Counted from the first letter of the stretch, positions 19,313 to 29,486 are shown. The stretch is DNA of 64,000 bases from Candidatus Xenobia bacterium (GCA_045863235.1 BTUM01000002.1:1-64000), one strand, 5' to 3'. Made by a program: numbers and translations. Notes: generated by a model not told the origin, from the sequence alone.

Positions 19313-20869
19313 ATGCTCGCGATGAACCTGACCCCGTCGCCCGCCCTGCGGCTGGCGATGTCTCGGCCCGTGGCCGCCCAGAACCCGGCCGAATGGCTGA
19401 AACCGGTGGACACCCCTCCGGCCACGGAAGGCAAGAAACTGGTGGCGCGCGAGAGCGAGGGCGACAAGACCATCATCTGGGAGCGCGACGACCAGGGCGT
19501 GGTGACAACCCCCGACTCCAACCTGGCGGCCGGCGGCACGCCGATGCAGAAGGTGGGCCGCTGGCTCTCCAACAAGCTGGTGCCCGAGAACTACAAGGTG
19601 GCCTGCAGCCCCGACTACCCGGCCACCCGGGCCTGGCAGCTGGTGCGTGACTATGCCGGCTCGATGGCCGGCACGGCTGCGGTCGGGTGCGTCATGGGCA
19701 GCGTGACCGGCGCCACCACCGCCCTGCTGGCCCTGGGCTGGGGGGCGGTCAACTTCGCTAACATGAACAACCTCAAGGACCGCGTCGGTCAGGTGACCAG
19801 TTTCCTGGCCACCCCGCTGGCCATTCGGGCCGAGCGCAACCCCCGTCCCTGGATGATGGCCGGCGATGTCTGCCAGCACGTCTGCACGGCCATGGACGCG
19901 GCCGTAGCCGTGGCTCCCCCCTTGCTCTACTTCCCGATCCTCACTGTCAGCACCACCCTGCGCTCGATTGCAGGAGCCGTTTCGGGCGCAGCCAGCGCCA
20001 ATATCGGACCGCGCCAGGCCATCAAGGGAAATCTGGGCGAGGTCAGCGTCAAGAACGCCAACCAGGGCAACGCCGCCACCATGGCCGGCGCGCTCACCAC
20101 CCCTCTCGTCGTGGGCGGCCTGACCAGCTACTTCGGGGCCACCGGCGCCCAGGTGACCGCCGCCCTGGCCGGGGACCTGACCGCCCTGGCCAGCGTAGGC
20201 CACGCGGTCGCCCTGGCCGGCCTGGTCACCGTGGGAATCGGAGCCGCCCTGGGCCTGTTTGCCAACTATATGATGCTCAAGAACCTGGATTACAACCCGG
20301 TCAACGAGCCCGCCCTGCGCGCCATCGTCAACCACATGGAAGAAAACCAGGGCCAGATCTGCAAGCCCGACCCCTCGGTGCTGCAAGCCATGGGCACCCT
20401 GGTCGGATGCGAGAAGCTGGTGGTGGGAGACCGCATCAAGCCCATCCTGGAGGATCCCGAGTTCGAGACCCTGCGCGAGCTCTACAAGGACCGCCCCTAT
20501 ATCCTGCGCTACACCGAAGCTCAGCCTTACATCGTGATGAAGACCGACGAGCGCTTTGCCCAGAGCCAGACCCCCACCGTGACCACCACCACCCTGCCTC
20601 ACAACACCGACTACCTCAATCGGATGGGCCAGGTCCAGGCGGCCATCCAGGCCATCCACGGCGAGCGCCTGGTCGCCTCGCCCGAGTACCAGGAGAAGCT
20701 CGCCTCGGGAGGGCACAGGGAGGCCGACCGCTGGCTGCTCGAGGAGAGCCTGAAGAAGACTCCCCGGAACGTCGAGCCCTTCTTGCTCAAGCTGCAAGAG
20801 GCCGGCTGGAGCGTAGACCTCCTGCGCCTGCGGGGCAAGGATCGACCCACGGTGTTCGAGGAAAAGTGA
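19313..20869 (+). CDS. RUS1/DUF647 (root UV-B sensitive) family membrane protein
   Basis: LVPENY...SPDY...WQ, LKDRVGQ, NPRPW...GD, IAGAVSGAASANI, GNLGEVSVKNANQ parallel the eukaryotic RUS motifs (recalled, not searched). Confidence 0.72.
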   Translation: MLAMNLTPSPALRLAMSRPVAAQNPAEWLKPVDTPPATEGKKLVARESEGDKTIIWERDDQGVVTTPDSNLAAGGTPMQKVGRWLSNKLVPENYKVACSPDYPATRAWQLVRDYAGSMAGTAAVGCVMGSVTGATTALLALGWGAVNFANMNNLKDRVGQVTSFLATPLAIRAERNPRPWMMAGDVCQHVCTAMDAAVAVAPPLLYFPILTVSTTLRSIAGAVSGAASANIGPRQAIKGNLGEVSVKNANQGNAATMAGALTTPLVVGGLTSYFGATGAQVTAALAGDLTALASVGHAVALAGLVTVGIGAALGLFANYMMLKNLDYNPVNEPALRAIVNHMEENQGQICKPDPSVLQAMGTLVGCEKLVVGDRIKPILEDPEFETLRELYKDRPYILRYTEAQPYIVMKTDERFAQSQTPTVTTTTLPHNTDYLNRMGQVQAAIQAIHGERLVASPEYQEKLASGGHREADRWLLEESLKKTPRNVEPFLLKLQEAGWSVDLLRLRGKDRPTVFEEK

Positions 20870-20927
20870 CGTTTCGGTAAACTGGCGGTAACCAAATCGA
20901 CCGCATTGACGAGGTATGTTTCAGGGG

Positions 20928-21173
20928 ATGAGCCAGCATGCGCCCAACTGCCACCAATGCCAGTATTTCAAGGTGTCCTGGGACAGCCGTTTCCCCAAGA
21001 GCTGCAGCAAGTTCGGCTTCAAGGGCCGACAACTGCCGAGCATCGAGGTGCTGGCCACCACCGGGCAGCAGTGCATCTTCTTCATCCCCAAGCCCGAGGC
21101 CGTCCCGGCCCGGCCGGCTTATCAGCCTTTGAACGTGCTGCCCAGCCACTGCACCATCTCCGTCGTGGGGTGA
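20928..21173 (+). CDS. Small Cys-rich protein (family often labelled 'uracil-DNA glycosylase')
   Basis: NCHQCQYFKVSWD...CSKFGFK...PS.EV...G..C..F pattern. Confidence 0.7.
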   Translation: MSQHAPNCHQCQYFKVSWDSRFPKSCSKFGFKGRQLPSIEVLATTGQQCIFFIPKPEAVPARPAYQPLNVLPSHCTISVVG

Positions 21174-21189
21174 CCTACACATCGCGCTG

Positions 21190-22179
21190 TCATCGCGGCC
21201 GGCGAAAGAGCACCTCGACCTTGGAACGGTGGGTCTCCCAGAACCCCAGCCTCTCATACAGCCGTCGCGCCTCCCGGTAGCGACCCAGAGTGGACAGCCG
21301 TGCCCTCTTGACCCCGCCGGAAGAAAGCCCGTGCAGAAGAGAAACGAGCAGGGCCTCCCCGACCCCGTGACCGCGGTGCTCGGCCTTCAGGGCGAGCCAG
21401 TGGATGTTGCCGCGAGCATCCGAAACGCCCACCCCGACCGCCTCATCGGTGGTCCGGTCAAGGGCCAGAATCACCTTGATCTGCCCTGACATGCCAGGTT
21501 GCTCGGGAGCCAGATCCTCCTCGTCGGCTGCGAAAATCTGCTTGAGCAGCGCCTTCCATTCCTCACCATCGGACTCCAGCCAATCGCGCACCCGGTAGCC
21601 TTCTGGCTCGAAAACGGGTGGCAGCCCCTCGAGAGCTCGCTCGAGCTTGTGATGGGTGCGAGCTTCCTCGCGCCAGCCCAGCGAGCGGAAGAAGGCCAGG
21701 GCCCCGGTATTCTCGTGACTGACCGGGCTGGTGACGACCGGCGCAGCCCCCACCGTCGACAGGAAGCGCTCGACCAGGGCTCGTCCGATACCCTGGCGCC
21801 GGCGCTCGGGGCAAACGACAACCGTCAGGTCGCGGTGAGCCAGGCGGCTCGGACGAGTGCCGAGCAGGCCGATCGGGCGTTGGTCGCGCGCCAACACGAC
21901 CTGGCTGGCGAGCGAAAAGACGCCGACCCCCCAGCGGATTGCTTGCAGAGCGTGGTGATGCCGCAGACAACTGCGAAGAAAGCTCAAGCGGCCCGAAGGC
22001 TCGGCCAGCAGGCGCTCGGCCCACAGCTCGAGCCTGGCGGCCCGCTCGGGGTGATTGCGTCCTCGCAGAGCGAGGGCGGCCTCACGGGCCTTCTCGGCAG
22101 AGCGCAGCCAGTCACCCTGGTTTCGATAGAATCCGGCCTCTCGCAGGCTGCTCGCCAGCTGGTCGCGCTCGGTCAGCAA
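21190..22179 (-). CDS. Tandem GNAT acetyltransferase
   Basis: Two acetyl-CoA motifs RRRQGIG and HRGHGVG; FFRSLGW and LYERLGF; start uncertain. Confidence 0.8.
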   Translation of the reverse strand: MLTERDQLASSLREAGFYRNQGDWLRSAEKAREAALALRGRNHPERAARLELWAERLLAEPSGRLSFLRSCLRHHHALQAIRWGVGVFSLASQVVLARDQRPIGLLGTRPSRLAHRDLTVVVCPERRRQGIGRALVERFLSTVGAAPVVTSPVSHENTGALAFFRSLGWREEARTHHKLERALEGLPPVFEPEGYRVRDWLESDGEEWKALLKQIFAADEEDLAPEQPGMSGQIKVILALDRTTDEAVGVGVSDARGNIHWLALKAEHRGHGVGEALLVSLLHGLSSGGVKRARLSTLGRYREARRLYERLGFWETHRSKVEVLFRRPR

Positions 22180-22216
22180 GGTCTGCGCCTGGATGGGGCG
22201 AGGAGGTCCTCCACGC

Positions 22217-22825
22217 TCAGCGGACCGACACCCGCTCGAGCACGTGGCGCACCACCTCGAAAGGTTGGATGCCCGAAATCAGCACCCCCCGGTCGGGCGG
22301 CTCGGCAGCACGGTGAACCACCATGGCGGGTACGGCGGTCAGCTTGAGGTGGGCAGCCAGAGCCTCATCCTCCAAAACGGCAGCCGTGAACCGCGACCCC
22401 TCCAGGGTGGCCCGGACCTCGGTCGCGGGCGCTCCGAGCTCGACGCAGAGGCGGACAAGCACTTCAACCTGGCCGATATCCGCCCCCCGCTCGAAGAACG
22501 CTTGAAAAATGGCCGTGGTCAAGGCTTCTCCAGCTCCATAGGCCTGGGCCAGCTTCACGGCCTCGTGGGCCAGTCGGCTGCGCGGCTGGACAGGCGGCAG
22601 CCTCAAGACCATTCCCCGGGCTTCGGCCAGGGGATAGACCGAGCTCTGCCAGACGTCGCGCAGGTAGTCTCCGTTCGGATCGAGCGTAGGAAACGGCTCG
22701 GGACGCAGCTCGAAGGCCCGCCAGACCACCTCGGTCCCGGGCACCTCCAGCGCCACCCGCTCGAGCACGGGCAGGGCCAGGTAGCAGAAGGGGCAGACGA
22801 AATCGCTCCAGACATCGATCCGCAT
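22217..22825 (-). CDS. DsbA/FrnE family oxidoreductase
   Basis: IDVWSDFVCPFCY, WRAFELRP, TAVP, ISGIQP. Confidence 0.9.
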   Translation of the reverse strand: MRIDVWSDFVCPFCYLALPVLERVALEVPGTEVVWRAFELRPEPFPTLDPNGDYLRDVWQSSVYPLAEARGMVLRLPPVQPRSRLAHEAVKLAQAYGAGEALTTAIFQAFFERGADIGQVEVLVRLCVELGAPATEVRATLEGSRFTAAVLEDEALAAHLKLTAVPAMVVHRAAEPPDRGVLISGIQPFEVVRHVLERVSVR

Positions 22826-22968
22826 ACGCGTGGCCAGCATCCTGAAAGGCTTCGAGCCGCTGCCTACAGCACCTCCGCTCGAACTTACAGTCCAGCGTCA
22901 TTCAAAATGAAGGCCCTATGCTCGCTTTCTGAACCGCCGGTGGTTTCCGCTCGTTGGCTCAGGCCAGA

Positions 22969-24327
22969 TCAGCTCAGATAGCCGAGAAACTGAGGCTGCA
23001 GGCTGATCATCACGTCCACCAGCTCGCGGGCGCACACGGCCCGATCCACCACAGGATCCACCAGCAAAGCCTGGGCGGCGGCTTTGCGCGAGCGGGTCAA
23101 CACCGCCTCGGCGGTCATTTCGTGGATGCCGACCTGGTTCTGGAGCAGGGCGGCATAGGCTTTGGGCAAGGGCGCGACCGAGACGCCGCGCACGCCGCTC
23201 TTGCCGATGATGCCGGGCACCTCGACGGCGATGCCGCTGGGAAGCTCGCGCAGATAGCTCTGGTTGGGCAGGTTGACGGCCGGCTCCTCAAAGCCCTGGT
23301 CGGTGAGAATCCCTGCCATGATGGGCACCAGGCGCTCCTTGATGGTGCGCTCGATGCGAGGCTCGGCAGTGCAGAGGCAGCTTCGGTAATAGCGGTAGAA
23401 ATCCATGATGCCCTTGTGATCGACCACTTCATAAGCCCAGCCCAGATACTCGCCAAAATGGCTGTCGGTGGTGATGGGCAAGAGGTCGAACTGCTCGAGC
23501 ACGAATTTGAACAGCCCCCGCTCGGTCCAGTCCCGGGCAGCTCGGGAGAGCTCGGGGTTCATGGTATGCGAGCCCTCGGTATCGAAGGTTTTGCCGGTAT
23601 CGAGATAGTGCTGCAGGTGGTCGCTCGAGCCGGGTACGGCGGAGAAGAATTCGTGAGCTCTGGCTCGGATGTCCGGGTAGGCGTCCTGGCCGCTGGACTT
23701 GTAGCGAGCCTCCAGCAAGCAGCTGAAGTGATTGAGCCCCGCGGCGCGCAGCTCGAGCTCTTCGAAAGGCACCTTCAGCATCGGGGGAAGGTAACGCTCG
23801 AGCGAGGCGATCTCGTGGCACAGGCCGACGAATCGCAAATCGGGGAAGGCGCGGTGGACGGTGGTGCAGATCCGGCTCATCGGGTTGGAGTAGTTGAACA
23901 CCGTGGCCTGGTCGCAGATGGTGCGCACGTCCTCGCAGATCGCCAGGATGGGGGGAATGATGCGAAGGGCGTGAAACAGGCCTCCCGGCCCACCGTTCTC
24001 ACCAAACACCTGATGGATGCCGTACTGCTGGGGAACGGTGCGGTCCTGGTCCCAGAGCGCGAACCGATCGCCCACCTCGATGGAGATGACCACGAATTCG
24101 GCTCCCTCCAGCGCCACCTTGCGGTCGACGGTGGCGCTCAGGCGACAGGCCAGCTTCTCCGCCTCGATGAACGCCTTGCCCGCCTGGTAGACCCGGTCGA
24201 GCGCCTCGGCGTTGATGTCGTGCAGCACCAGCTCGCAGTCCTGGAGGACCTCGCTGGCCAGCACCTCGCCCAGAGTGCCGTAGCCGAACTGAGCGCTGCC
24301 GGCTCCAATCAGGACGATCTTGGTCAT
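22969..24327 (-). CDS. Family 4 glycoside hydrolase (alpha-galactosidase/glucosidase)
   Basis: KIVLIGAGS, GENGGPGG, NYSNP, GLCHE, AGLNH. Confidence 0.92.
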   Translation of the reverse strand: MTKIVLIGAGSAQFGYGTLGEVLASEVLQDCELVLHDINAEALDRVYQAGKAFIEAEKLACRLSATVDRKVALEGAEFVVISIEVGDRFALWDQDRTVPQQYGIHQVFGENGGPGGLFHALRIIPPILAICEDVRTICDQATVFNYSNPMSRICTTVHRAFPDLRFVGLCHEIASLERYLPPMLKVPFEELELRAAGLNHFSCLLEARYKSSGQDAYPDIRARAHEFFSAVPGSSDHLQHYLDTGKTFDTEGSHTMNPELSRAARDWTERGLFKFVLEQFDLLPITTDSHFGEYLGWAYEVVDHKGIMDFYRYYRSCLCTAEPRIERTIKERLVPIMAGILTDQGFEEPAVNLPNQSYLRELPSGIAVEVPGIIGKSGVRGVSVAPLPKAYAALLQNQVGIHEMTAEAVLTRSRKAAAQALLVDPVVDRAVCARELVDVMISLQPQFLGYLS

Positions 24328-24490
24328 GGGTCGTTCCTCCAGGACATTTGGTCAGAGCCTATTTGGAGTGCAGGGCCCTGCCTCCTGGTCAAGTGGCTTC
24401 TGGTGCTTCCGGGCGGCCTCAAGTGCCCTGAACTTGGAGGGATCAGCGCCTCCTTGCGAAATGACTATGGTCATGACCAGCTCAGATTCG

Positions 24491-24718
24491 ATGCGCATCT
24501 CCAAGAGCCAGCTCAAGGCCCGCATGCTGGAGATCTTTCGGCAGCTCGAGGAGACGGGTCAGGAAGCGCTCGTAACAGACCGCGGTCGGGTTGTGCTCAA
24601 GATTGTCCCGGTTCGGGCTGTCAGGTCGGTGGATGAGGTGTTTGCCGACTTGCGCGGCAAGGTCATCTTTCACCAGGACCCTGATCTCCCGACGGAGGCG
24701 GAGTGGCCCGAGACTTGA
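24491..24718 (+). CDS. Phd/YefM-family antitoxin
   Basis: ISKSQLKARMLEIFRQLEETGQEALVTDRGRVVLKIVP; directly upstream of a PIN toxin. Confidence 0.85.
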   Translation: MRISKSQLKARMLEIFRQLEETGQEALVTDRGRVVLKIVPVRAVRSVDEVFADLRGKVIFHQDPDLPTEAEWPET

Positions 24719-25098
24719 GCACTCTCGTGCTGGACACGTCTGCCCTACTCTTCTGGACGACCGAGCCAGCCAGACTGAGCCACCCGGCGGCCCACGCGAT
24801 TCACACGACAAGCGCCCTCGTCGTCAGCTCGATCTCGATCTGGGAAATCGGCCTCAAAGTGATTCGGGGCCATTTGACGATCCCCACCACCCTTCGGGAT
24901 TATGTTCAACGTCTCAAGGCCGTCGGCTTGGACATACGATCGGTCGACGAGGAATGCTGGCTGCGGAATCTAGAGCTGACATGGAGCCATCGCGACCCGG
25001 CCGACCGAACCATCGTAGCGCTAGCGGTCCGTCTGGATGCTCCCCTGGTGAGTAGCGACGCGACGATTGCCGCCTTTTATCCCAAGACGATCTGGTAA
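24715..25098 (+). CDS. vapC: VapC/PIN-domain toxin
   Basis: VLDTSALL, SSISIWEI, HRDPADRTIVA, LVSSD; TTGA overlap with the antitoxin. Confidence 0.9.
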   Translation: MSTLVLDTSALLFWTTEPARLSHPAAHAIHTTSALVVSSISIWEIGLKVIRGHLTIPTTLRDYVQRLKAVGLDIRSVDEECWLRNLELTWSHRDPADRTIVALAVRLDAPLVSSDATIAAFYPKTIW

Positions 25099-25186
25099 AC
25101 GGGCGCCACGAATCAGTGTAGTGCGATCGCGCCGGGACGCGCCTGACGCGGGAAACCGCGCCCCCCCGCTCGAACCCCCAACCCCC

Positions 25187-26425
25187 ATGAAGCCAGCTTG
25201 GCGCCAGGTGCTCGACAGCTCGGTCCTGGTCGGTGCGCTGGGGTACTTCGTGGACAGCTTCGACCTCAATCTCTTCGCCATCGTGCGGGTGGCCAGCCTG
25301 AAGGCGCTGGGGGTTCCCGAGGACCAGATCCTGGACGTGGGCGTGCGCCTCTTCAACTACCAGATGGTGGGCATGCTGCTGGGAGGCCTGCTGTGGGGCG
25401 TGCTGGGCGACCGCATCGGACGACGCACGGTGCTGTTCGGCTCCATCCTGCTCTACTCCATCACCACCTTTGCCAACGGGCTGGTGCACTCCATCGAGAC
25501 CTATGCCTGGCTGCGCTTCTTCGCCGGCATCGGCATGGCCGGAGAGCTGGGAGCGGCCATCACGCTGGTCTCCGAGCGGGTGCGACCGGAGCTGCGCGGC
25601 TACGCCACCATGCTGGTCGCTTCGTTCGGGCTGCTCGGCTCGGCCACGGCCGGCATCGTGACCGCCTGGATGAGCTGGCGCACGGCCTACTTCCTGGGCG
25701 GCGTGCTGGGTTTCTTGCTGCTCTTTCTGCGGGTCAGCACCCAGGAATCCTCGCTCTTCAACCAGCATGCCCGGGGCCGGGGAGACCTGCGCCTGCTGCT
25801 CGCACCAGGACGCGGCTTCACTTACCTCAAGTGCGTGCTGCTGGGAGTGCCTGTCTGGTTCACCCAGGCCATCTTGATCGGCCTTGCCCCCGAGCTGACC
25901 GCGGCCACCGGCGTGCACCCGGCCATCGTCGTGGGCACGGCCGTGGCCTGGTACGCGGCCGGGGCGGCCACCGGCGACATCCTGAGCGGCACCCTGAGCC
26001 AGCGCCTGCAGAGTCGCAAGAAGGCCTTGCTTGTCTTCCTGCTCTTTCTCAGCGCCATGGACGCTGTCTATCTCAGCAGTCACGGCCTGTCCTCGCAGGC
26101 CTTCTATGGGCTCTGCATGCTGCTCGGGGTAGGCACGGGCTACTGGGCGGTGTTCGTGACGGTGGCCGCCGAGCAATTCGGCACCAACCTGAGGGCCACC
26201 GTGGCCACCACGGTGCCAAACGTGGTGCGCGGATCCTCGGTGCTGATCCTGATGGCCTTCCATGCCGGGAAATCCAGCCTGAGTCTGCTGGGCAGCGCCG
26301 CCCTGGTGGGGCTGGGCTGCAGCCTGCTGGCCCTGATCGCCCTGGCCGACCTGCAGGAGACCTTCGCTCGCGATCTCGACTTCTCCGAGGGTCAGGGAGA
26401 GCCGAAAGCGAACCCGGCGGCATGA
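25187..26425 (+). CDS. MFS transporter
   Basis: GVLGDRIGRR motif A, GIGMAGELG, about 12 TMs. Confidence 0.9.
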   Translation: MKPAWRQVLDSSVLVGALGYFVDSFDLNLFAIVRVASLKALGVPEDQILDVGVRLFNYQMVGMLLGGLLWGVLGDRIGRRTVLFGSILLYSITTFANGLVHSIETYAWLRFFAGIGMAGELGAAITLVSERVRPELRGYATMLVASFGLLGSATAGIVTAWMSWRTAYFLGGVLGFLLLFLRVSTQESSLFNQHARGRGDLRLLLAPGRGFTYLKCVLLGVPVWFTQAILIGLAPELTAATGVHPAIVVGTAVAWYAAGAATGDILSGTLSQRLQSRKKALLVFLLFLSAMDAVYLSSHGLSSQAFYGLCMLLGVGTGYWAVFVTVAAEQFGTNLRATVATTVPNVVRGSSVLILMAFHAGKSSLSLLGSAALVGLGCSLLALIALADLQETFARDLDFSEGQGEPKANPAA

Positions 26426-26898
26426 GAACCTTGCTCTTCTGCCTCCTGTGCACTCTGGCTCTGGCTCAGGAAACCCTGATCTGGCGGGACATTCCCCGCA
26501 CGGTCTACGAAATCGAGGCCCCTGGCGAATGGAAGCCGGAAACCAAGACCGACCGCCTGACGCTGGAAGTGCGCGACCAGCAGAAGATCGTCTTCACCGT
26601 CGAAAGCAAGGTCGAGCCCAACGCCGACCTCGAGACCGTGGCGAAAGTGCACCTCACCCGCTGGAACGCGCGCTCGGACAAGTACACCCTGAGGCAGCTC
26701 GACGGCGTCAAAGCCGGCAAGCTGCGCGGCTATCGGGTCACGGTCGAGGTACGCGAGGCGAACAGCTCTCCCCGCGAGGCCGTGTCCTACGTCTTCCCGG
26801 CGCTGCTGGCCGGCGACTACCTGTGGATCTGGAACGAGCAGGGCGTGGAGGTCGACCGGGTGGACAAGATGGTGCGCACCCTGCGTATGCGCAGGTAG
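26422..26898 (+). CDS. Exported hypothetical protein
   Basis: ATGA overlap with the MFS gene; signal peptide MRTLLFCLLCTLALA. Confidence 0.7.
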   Translation: MRTLLFCLLCTLALAQETLIWRDIPRTVYEIEAPGEWKPETKTDRLTLEVRDQQKIVFTVESKVEPNADLETVAKVHLTRWNARSDKYTLRQLDGVKAGKLRGYRVTVEVREANSSPREAVSYVFPALLAGDYLWIWNEQGVEVDRVDKMVRTLRMRR

Positions 26899-27303
26899 CC
26901 CTTCACCGACGCGGTGGTCCGGCTCGGGGAAGAGCTGACGGAGCAACTGGCCCGAGATGTCGCGCGGGTCGGGTCCTCCCAGGTGATGGAGCGCTCGAGC
27001 CAGCGCAGGTCATCGTCGCACAACCTCCTTCAGCGCCTCCAGTTCCTGCCCACCTGGCCCAGGCGACAGTTACCTCCCATGCGGAGGGACAGCAGTTCTT
27101 CCGTCATCCGACTCCAAATTTGATCGCGATCAATTTGTAGAACCTGAACAAAAATTTGACGCCGATCAAGGAACGGCTCCAGTGAGAGGTTTTCTGAGAC
27201 AGGTTAACAATTTTTGTATTAATTCTTAACAAGTCAGCAACATCCGGACGGGGGGAGATTTTCATCCCTTCATCGCCTTGCCCTAAACTCAGCACAAGAA
27301 ACG

Positions 27304-27870
27304 TTGCCAGAGGAGCTGAGCGAGATGGCGAGCAAGCAACAGTCGGGACACGTGGCCGAGTTGATGCAGGAGTTGAACGGGCTGCTCGACAACGTCCACT
27401 CGATTGCAGCGCAGGTGTCTGTCGAATGCCAGAGCCTGCTCGACGAAGAGACTCCCCAGGCCTGTGGAAACGGCAACAGCTTTGCCGGACAGTTCCTCAG
27501 TCCGCAGTTTTGTGATCGCGCCGACCGATTTCACGAGGAATGTGTCGGAAGCCACCTGGTTCGTCGCTATGAGAACGGCGCGGTCCGGGTTGAGAACATC
27601 AGCAGCGGAGTGATCATGGAAGAGCGGCCTGATGGCTCGCTGATCGTTTCTCTGGTGAACGGGCTGATGCTGCACCAGGCGGCTCCCCAGGAATCGGTTC
27701 TGGTCCTCGACTGCAATGGTAGACGCCCCCCGCAGGTTGCCCGGGTGAGCAACGTCCACCTGCGGGGAGCGCAGGCACCGGTGACTTTCATGCATTTCGA
27801 GGATGAAGAGGGCGAGCACTACGTCGATATCGAGACGCTGCGCTACTTCCGCTTAAGCCGCTCGGCCTGA
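27304..27870 (+). CDS. Hypothetical protein
   Basis: 188-aa ORF after an AT-rich promoter region; followed by a terminator-like hairpin. Confidence 0.65.
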   Translation: MPEELSEMASKQQSGHVAELMQELNGLLDNVHSIAAQVSVECQSLLDEETPQACGNGNSFAGQFLSPQFCDRADRFHEECVGSHLVRRYENGAVRVENISSGVIMEERPDGSLIVSLVNGLMLHQAAPQESVLVLDCNGRRPPQVARVSNVHLRGAQAPVTFMHFEDEEGEHYVDIETLRYFRLSRSA

Positions 27871-27890
27871 GGCGAGCGGCGCTCAGTTAG

Positions 27891-27917
27891 AGTGCAAGGC
27901 CTATGGTCTTGCACTTT
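27891..27917 (+). terminator. Probable intrinsic terminator
   Basis: agtgcaag-gcctatggt-cttgcact followed by a short T run. Confidence 0.55.
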
Positions 27918-28028
27918 ACAACTCGCTGGAACGCAGTTCCGGCGGGTTCGTCAGATAATGTGCAATACTCCCTCGCATTGACTGTGCGATGAATTCTCAA
28001 CAGGTTGAACACCAAAGCGCGAGCACAT

Positions 28029-28138
28029 TACACTCCCGCGCGTTGACCGGTTCAGGATTGGAACGCGCGGGAGTGTAGACAATCTGTTGAACGGCGCCGC
28101 GCGTATTCCTAAAGTGTTCAACGCGCGGCACCTTAGCT
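28029..28138 (-). repeat. 110-bp hairpin-rich dispersed repeat, copy 1 (REP/MITE-like)
   Basis: Near-identical reverse complement of 46317-46426; 16-bp perfect stem tacactcccgcgcgtt/aacgcgcgggagtgta. Confidence 0.88.
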
Positions 28139-28447
28139 CGCCTGCAGGAACTCCGCCAGACCTTCTTGCTCGCAGACCACGCGCAACTCTTCCGGGTGGG
28201 CGGCCAGAAAGGCGGCCAGTCGGTCCATCAGAGGCAACAAACACTCCGAGTAGACTGATCGAATCTGGCCAACAGTCTGGTCGTAAACCTGGCACTCGTC
28301 GTGCAATCGGTCGATTTCTTCGACGTTCCCGAAGAAGTCACGCTCGAGCAGGTCGTCCTTCAGCCTCTTCAGGCGCATGCAGTGCTCGACGAACTCCTGC
28401 ATCAGGTCGAGTACTTGTTTTTGCGTTAGTCTCTCAGGCTGCGGCAT
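28133..28447 (-). CDS. Hypothetical helical protein
   Basis: 104-aa ORF overlapping the end of the upstream gene; amphipathic helices. Confidence 0.65.
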   Translation of the reverse strand: MPQPERLTQKQVLDLMQEFVEHCMRLKRLKDDLLERDFFGNVEEIDRLHDECQVYDQTVGQIRSVYSECLLPLMDRLAAFLAAHPEELRVVCEQEGLAEFLQAS

Positions 28448-29486
28448 AAGGGGTCCTTCCAACCAGGCCGGCCACCTGGTAGGCGGCCTGGAACAGAAGA
28501 CAGCACTGGCAGATGGCTGCTTGCATCGCGTGGTCCTCGAGCACCGGAACGTTGGGAGCCGTCAGGTTGAGCCTGGCAAGCTCGGGGACGAGGGTCCCCT
28601 TTTTCCAAAGCTCGAAGGGGCTCTCGCCCCCCTGGTATCCAGCAGCCATCATCTGGGGCGCAAGTCCCGCCAGAGCCTCCTGGACCATCGCCTCGTAGTC
28701 ATAATTTGCCGGTCGCCCGGCTTCCCCGGGTGCCGGTTGGCCGGGTCCTAGCAGGCCGTACATTCCGGGTCCAGCCAGCCCCATCTTCTTGGCGGCCTTC
28801 TCGGCTTTACGCTGGGCCGCCAAGAGGTCGAGGGTGCTCTTCATCTGGGCGAGGTTGATCCCGTGCTTTTGCTCAATCTTGCTCAACGATTCATTGAACT
28901 TGACATCCTCGCTGCCAAGTTGGCCGTCCCCGCTGGAGTCAACGAAGATGTCTCCGTTCTGGAAGCGAATCGCCTTCTTGCCATCGACGCTGGTGACCTC
29001 GACGTTGTAGCCCCGATCTCTGAGCTCGTTGGCCATGTCGTCCACTTTGATGTCTGACTTGCCACGCTTGACGAGAATCTCACCGATCTCAACGGCCGTG
29101 TCCGCATCGGTGATGACCGACTTGCCTTCGAAGTAGTCGGTGTCACCGGTCTGCGTGCTCTTGCCAGCCTCGAGCTCCCCGCCGAGAGCCCGGGCCGGCT
29201 GCTCACCGGGAGGCAACGGTTGGCCCGCTCTGGCTGCTTCGACAGCGGCATAGCCGGGAGGGAGGGGCTGACCGAGGAAGGCGCCCCAGTTCGCCTGGAG
29301 CCGGGCTGCGGTGCGGAGCACATTTTGAATGAGCTCGACGAGAGCCACGGGGCTCAGGCCGGCATAGCCGTTGCCACCATATCCGAGCTGACCAGGATCG
29401 CCTGAGAGGTTGAGATTGCCTACCTGGACTGGCAAACCAAGACCGAACAGGCCTGGACCGACTTGGAGTTGATCCATTTTCGCCAT
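28434..29486 (-). CDS. Hypothetical protein with EF-hand-like loop
   Basis: GGGAGG RBS before ATG; DSSGDGQLGSED loop; G/P-rich linkers. Confidence 0.7.
   Translation of the reverse strand: MAKMDQLQVGPGLFGLGLPVQVGNLNLSGDPGQLGYGGNGYAGLSPVALVELIQNVLRTAARLQANWGAFLGQPLPPGYAAVEAARAGQPLPPGEQPARALGGELEAGKSTQTGDTDYFEGKSVITDADTAVEIGEILVKRGKSDIKVDDMANELRDRGYNVEVTSVDGKKAIRFQNGDIFVDSSGDGQLGSEDVKFNESLSKIEQKHGINLAQMKSTLDLLAAQRKAEKAAKKMGLAGPGMYGLLGPGQPAPGEAGRPANYDYEAMVQEALAGLAPQMMAAGYQGGESPFELWKKGTLVPELARLNLTAPNVPVLEDHAMQAAICQCCLLFQAAYQVAGLVGRTPYAAA

Noticed and set aside
20928..21173. Uracil-DNA glycosylase function for the small Cys protein
   Set aside because: 81 aa with no UDG catalytic motifs; the label is a propagated annotation
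22841..22847. Single TTTCAGG next to the DsbA gene start
   Set aside because: No second heptamer and no -10 at N9; likely chance
24416..24433. GTTCAGG-N3-CTTGAGG upstream of GH4
   Set aside because: Spacing is 3 rather than 4 and no -10 follows
24491..25098. Toxin-antitoxin pair as part of a prophage or mobile element
   Set aside because: No integrase, transposase or att-like repeats nearby; ordinary isolated type II TA module
25198..26898. 566-aa ORF spanning the MFS gene
   Set aside because: Only the last 158 codons (from ATG 26422) look coding; the rest is an off-frame overlap with the MFS gene
26900..27110. Short ORFs on both strands after the exported protein gene
   Set aside because: No motif or consistent frame; may be a gene remnant but unsupported
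28029..28138. Hairpin repeat considered as a CRISPR repeat, tRNA or attC site
   Set aside because: Only two dispersed copies 18 kb apart, no spacers, no cas or integrase gene, no cloverleaf
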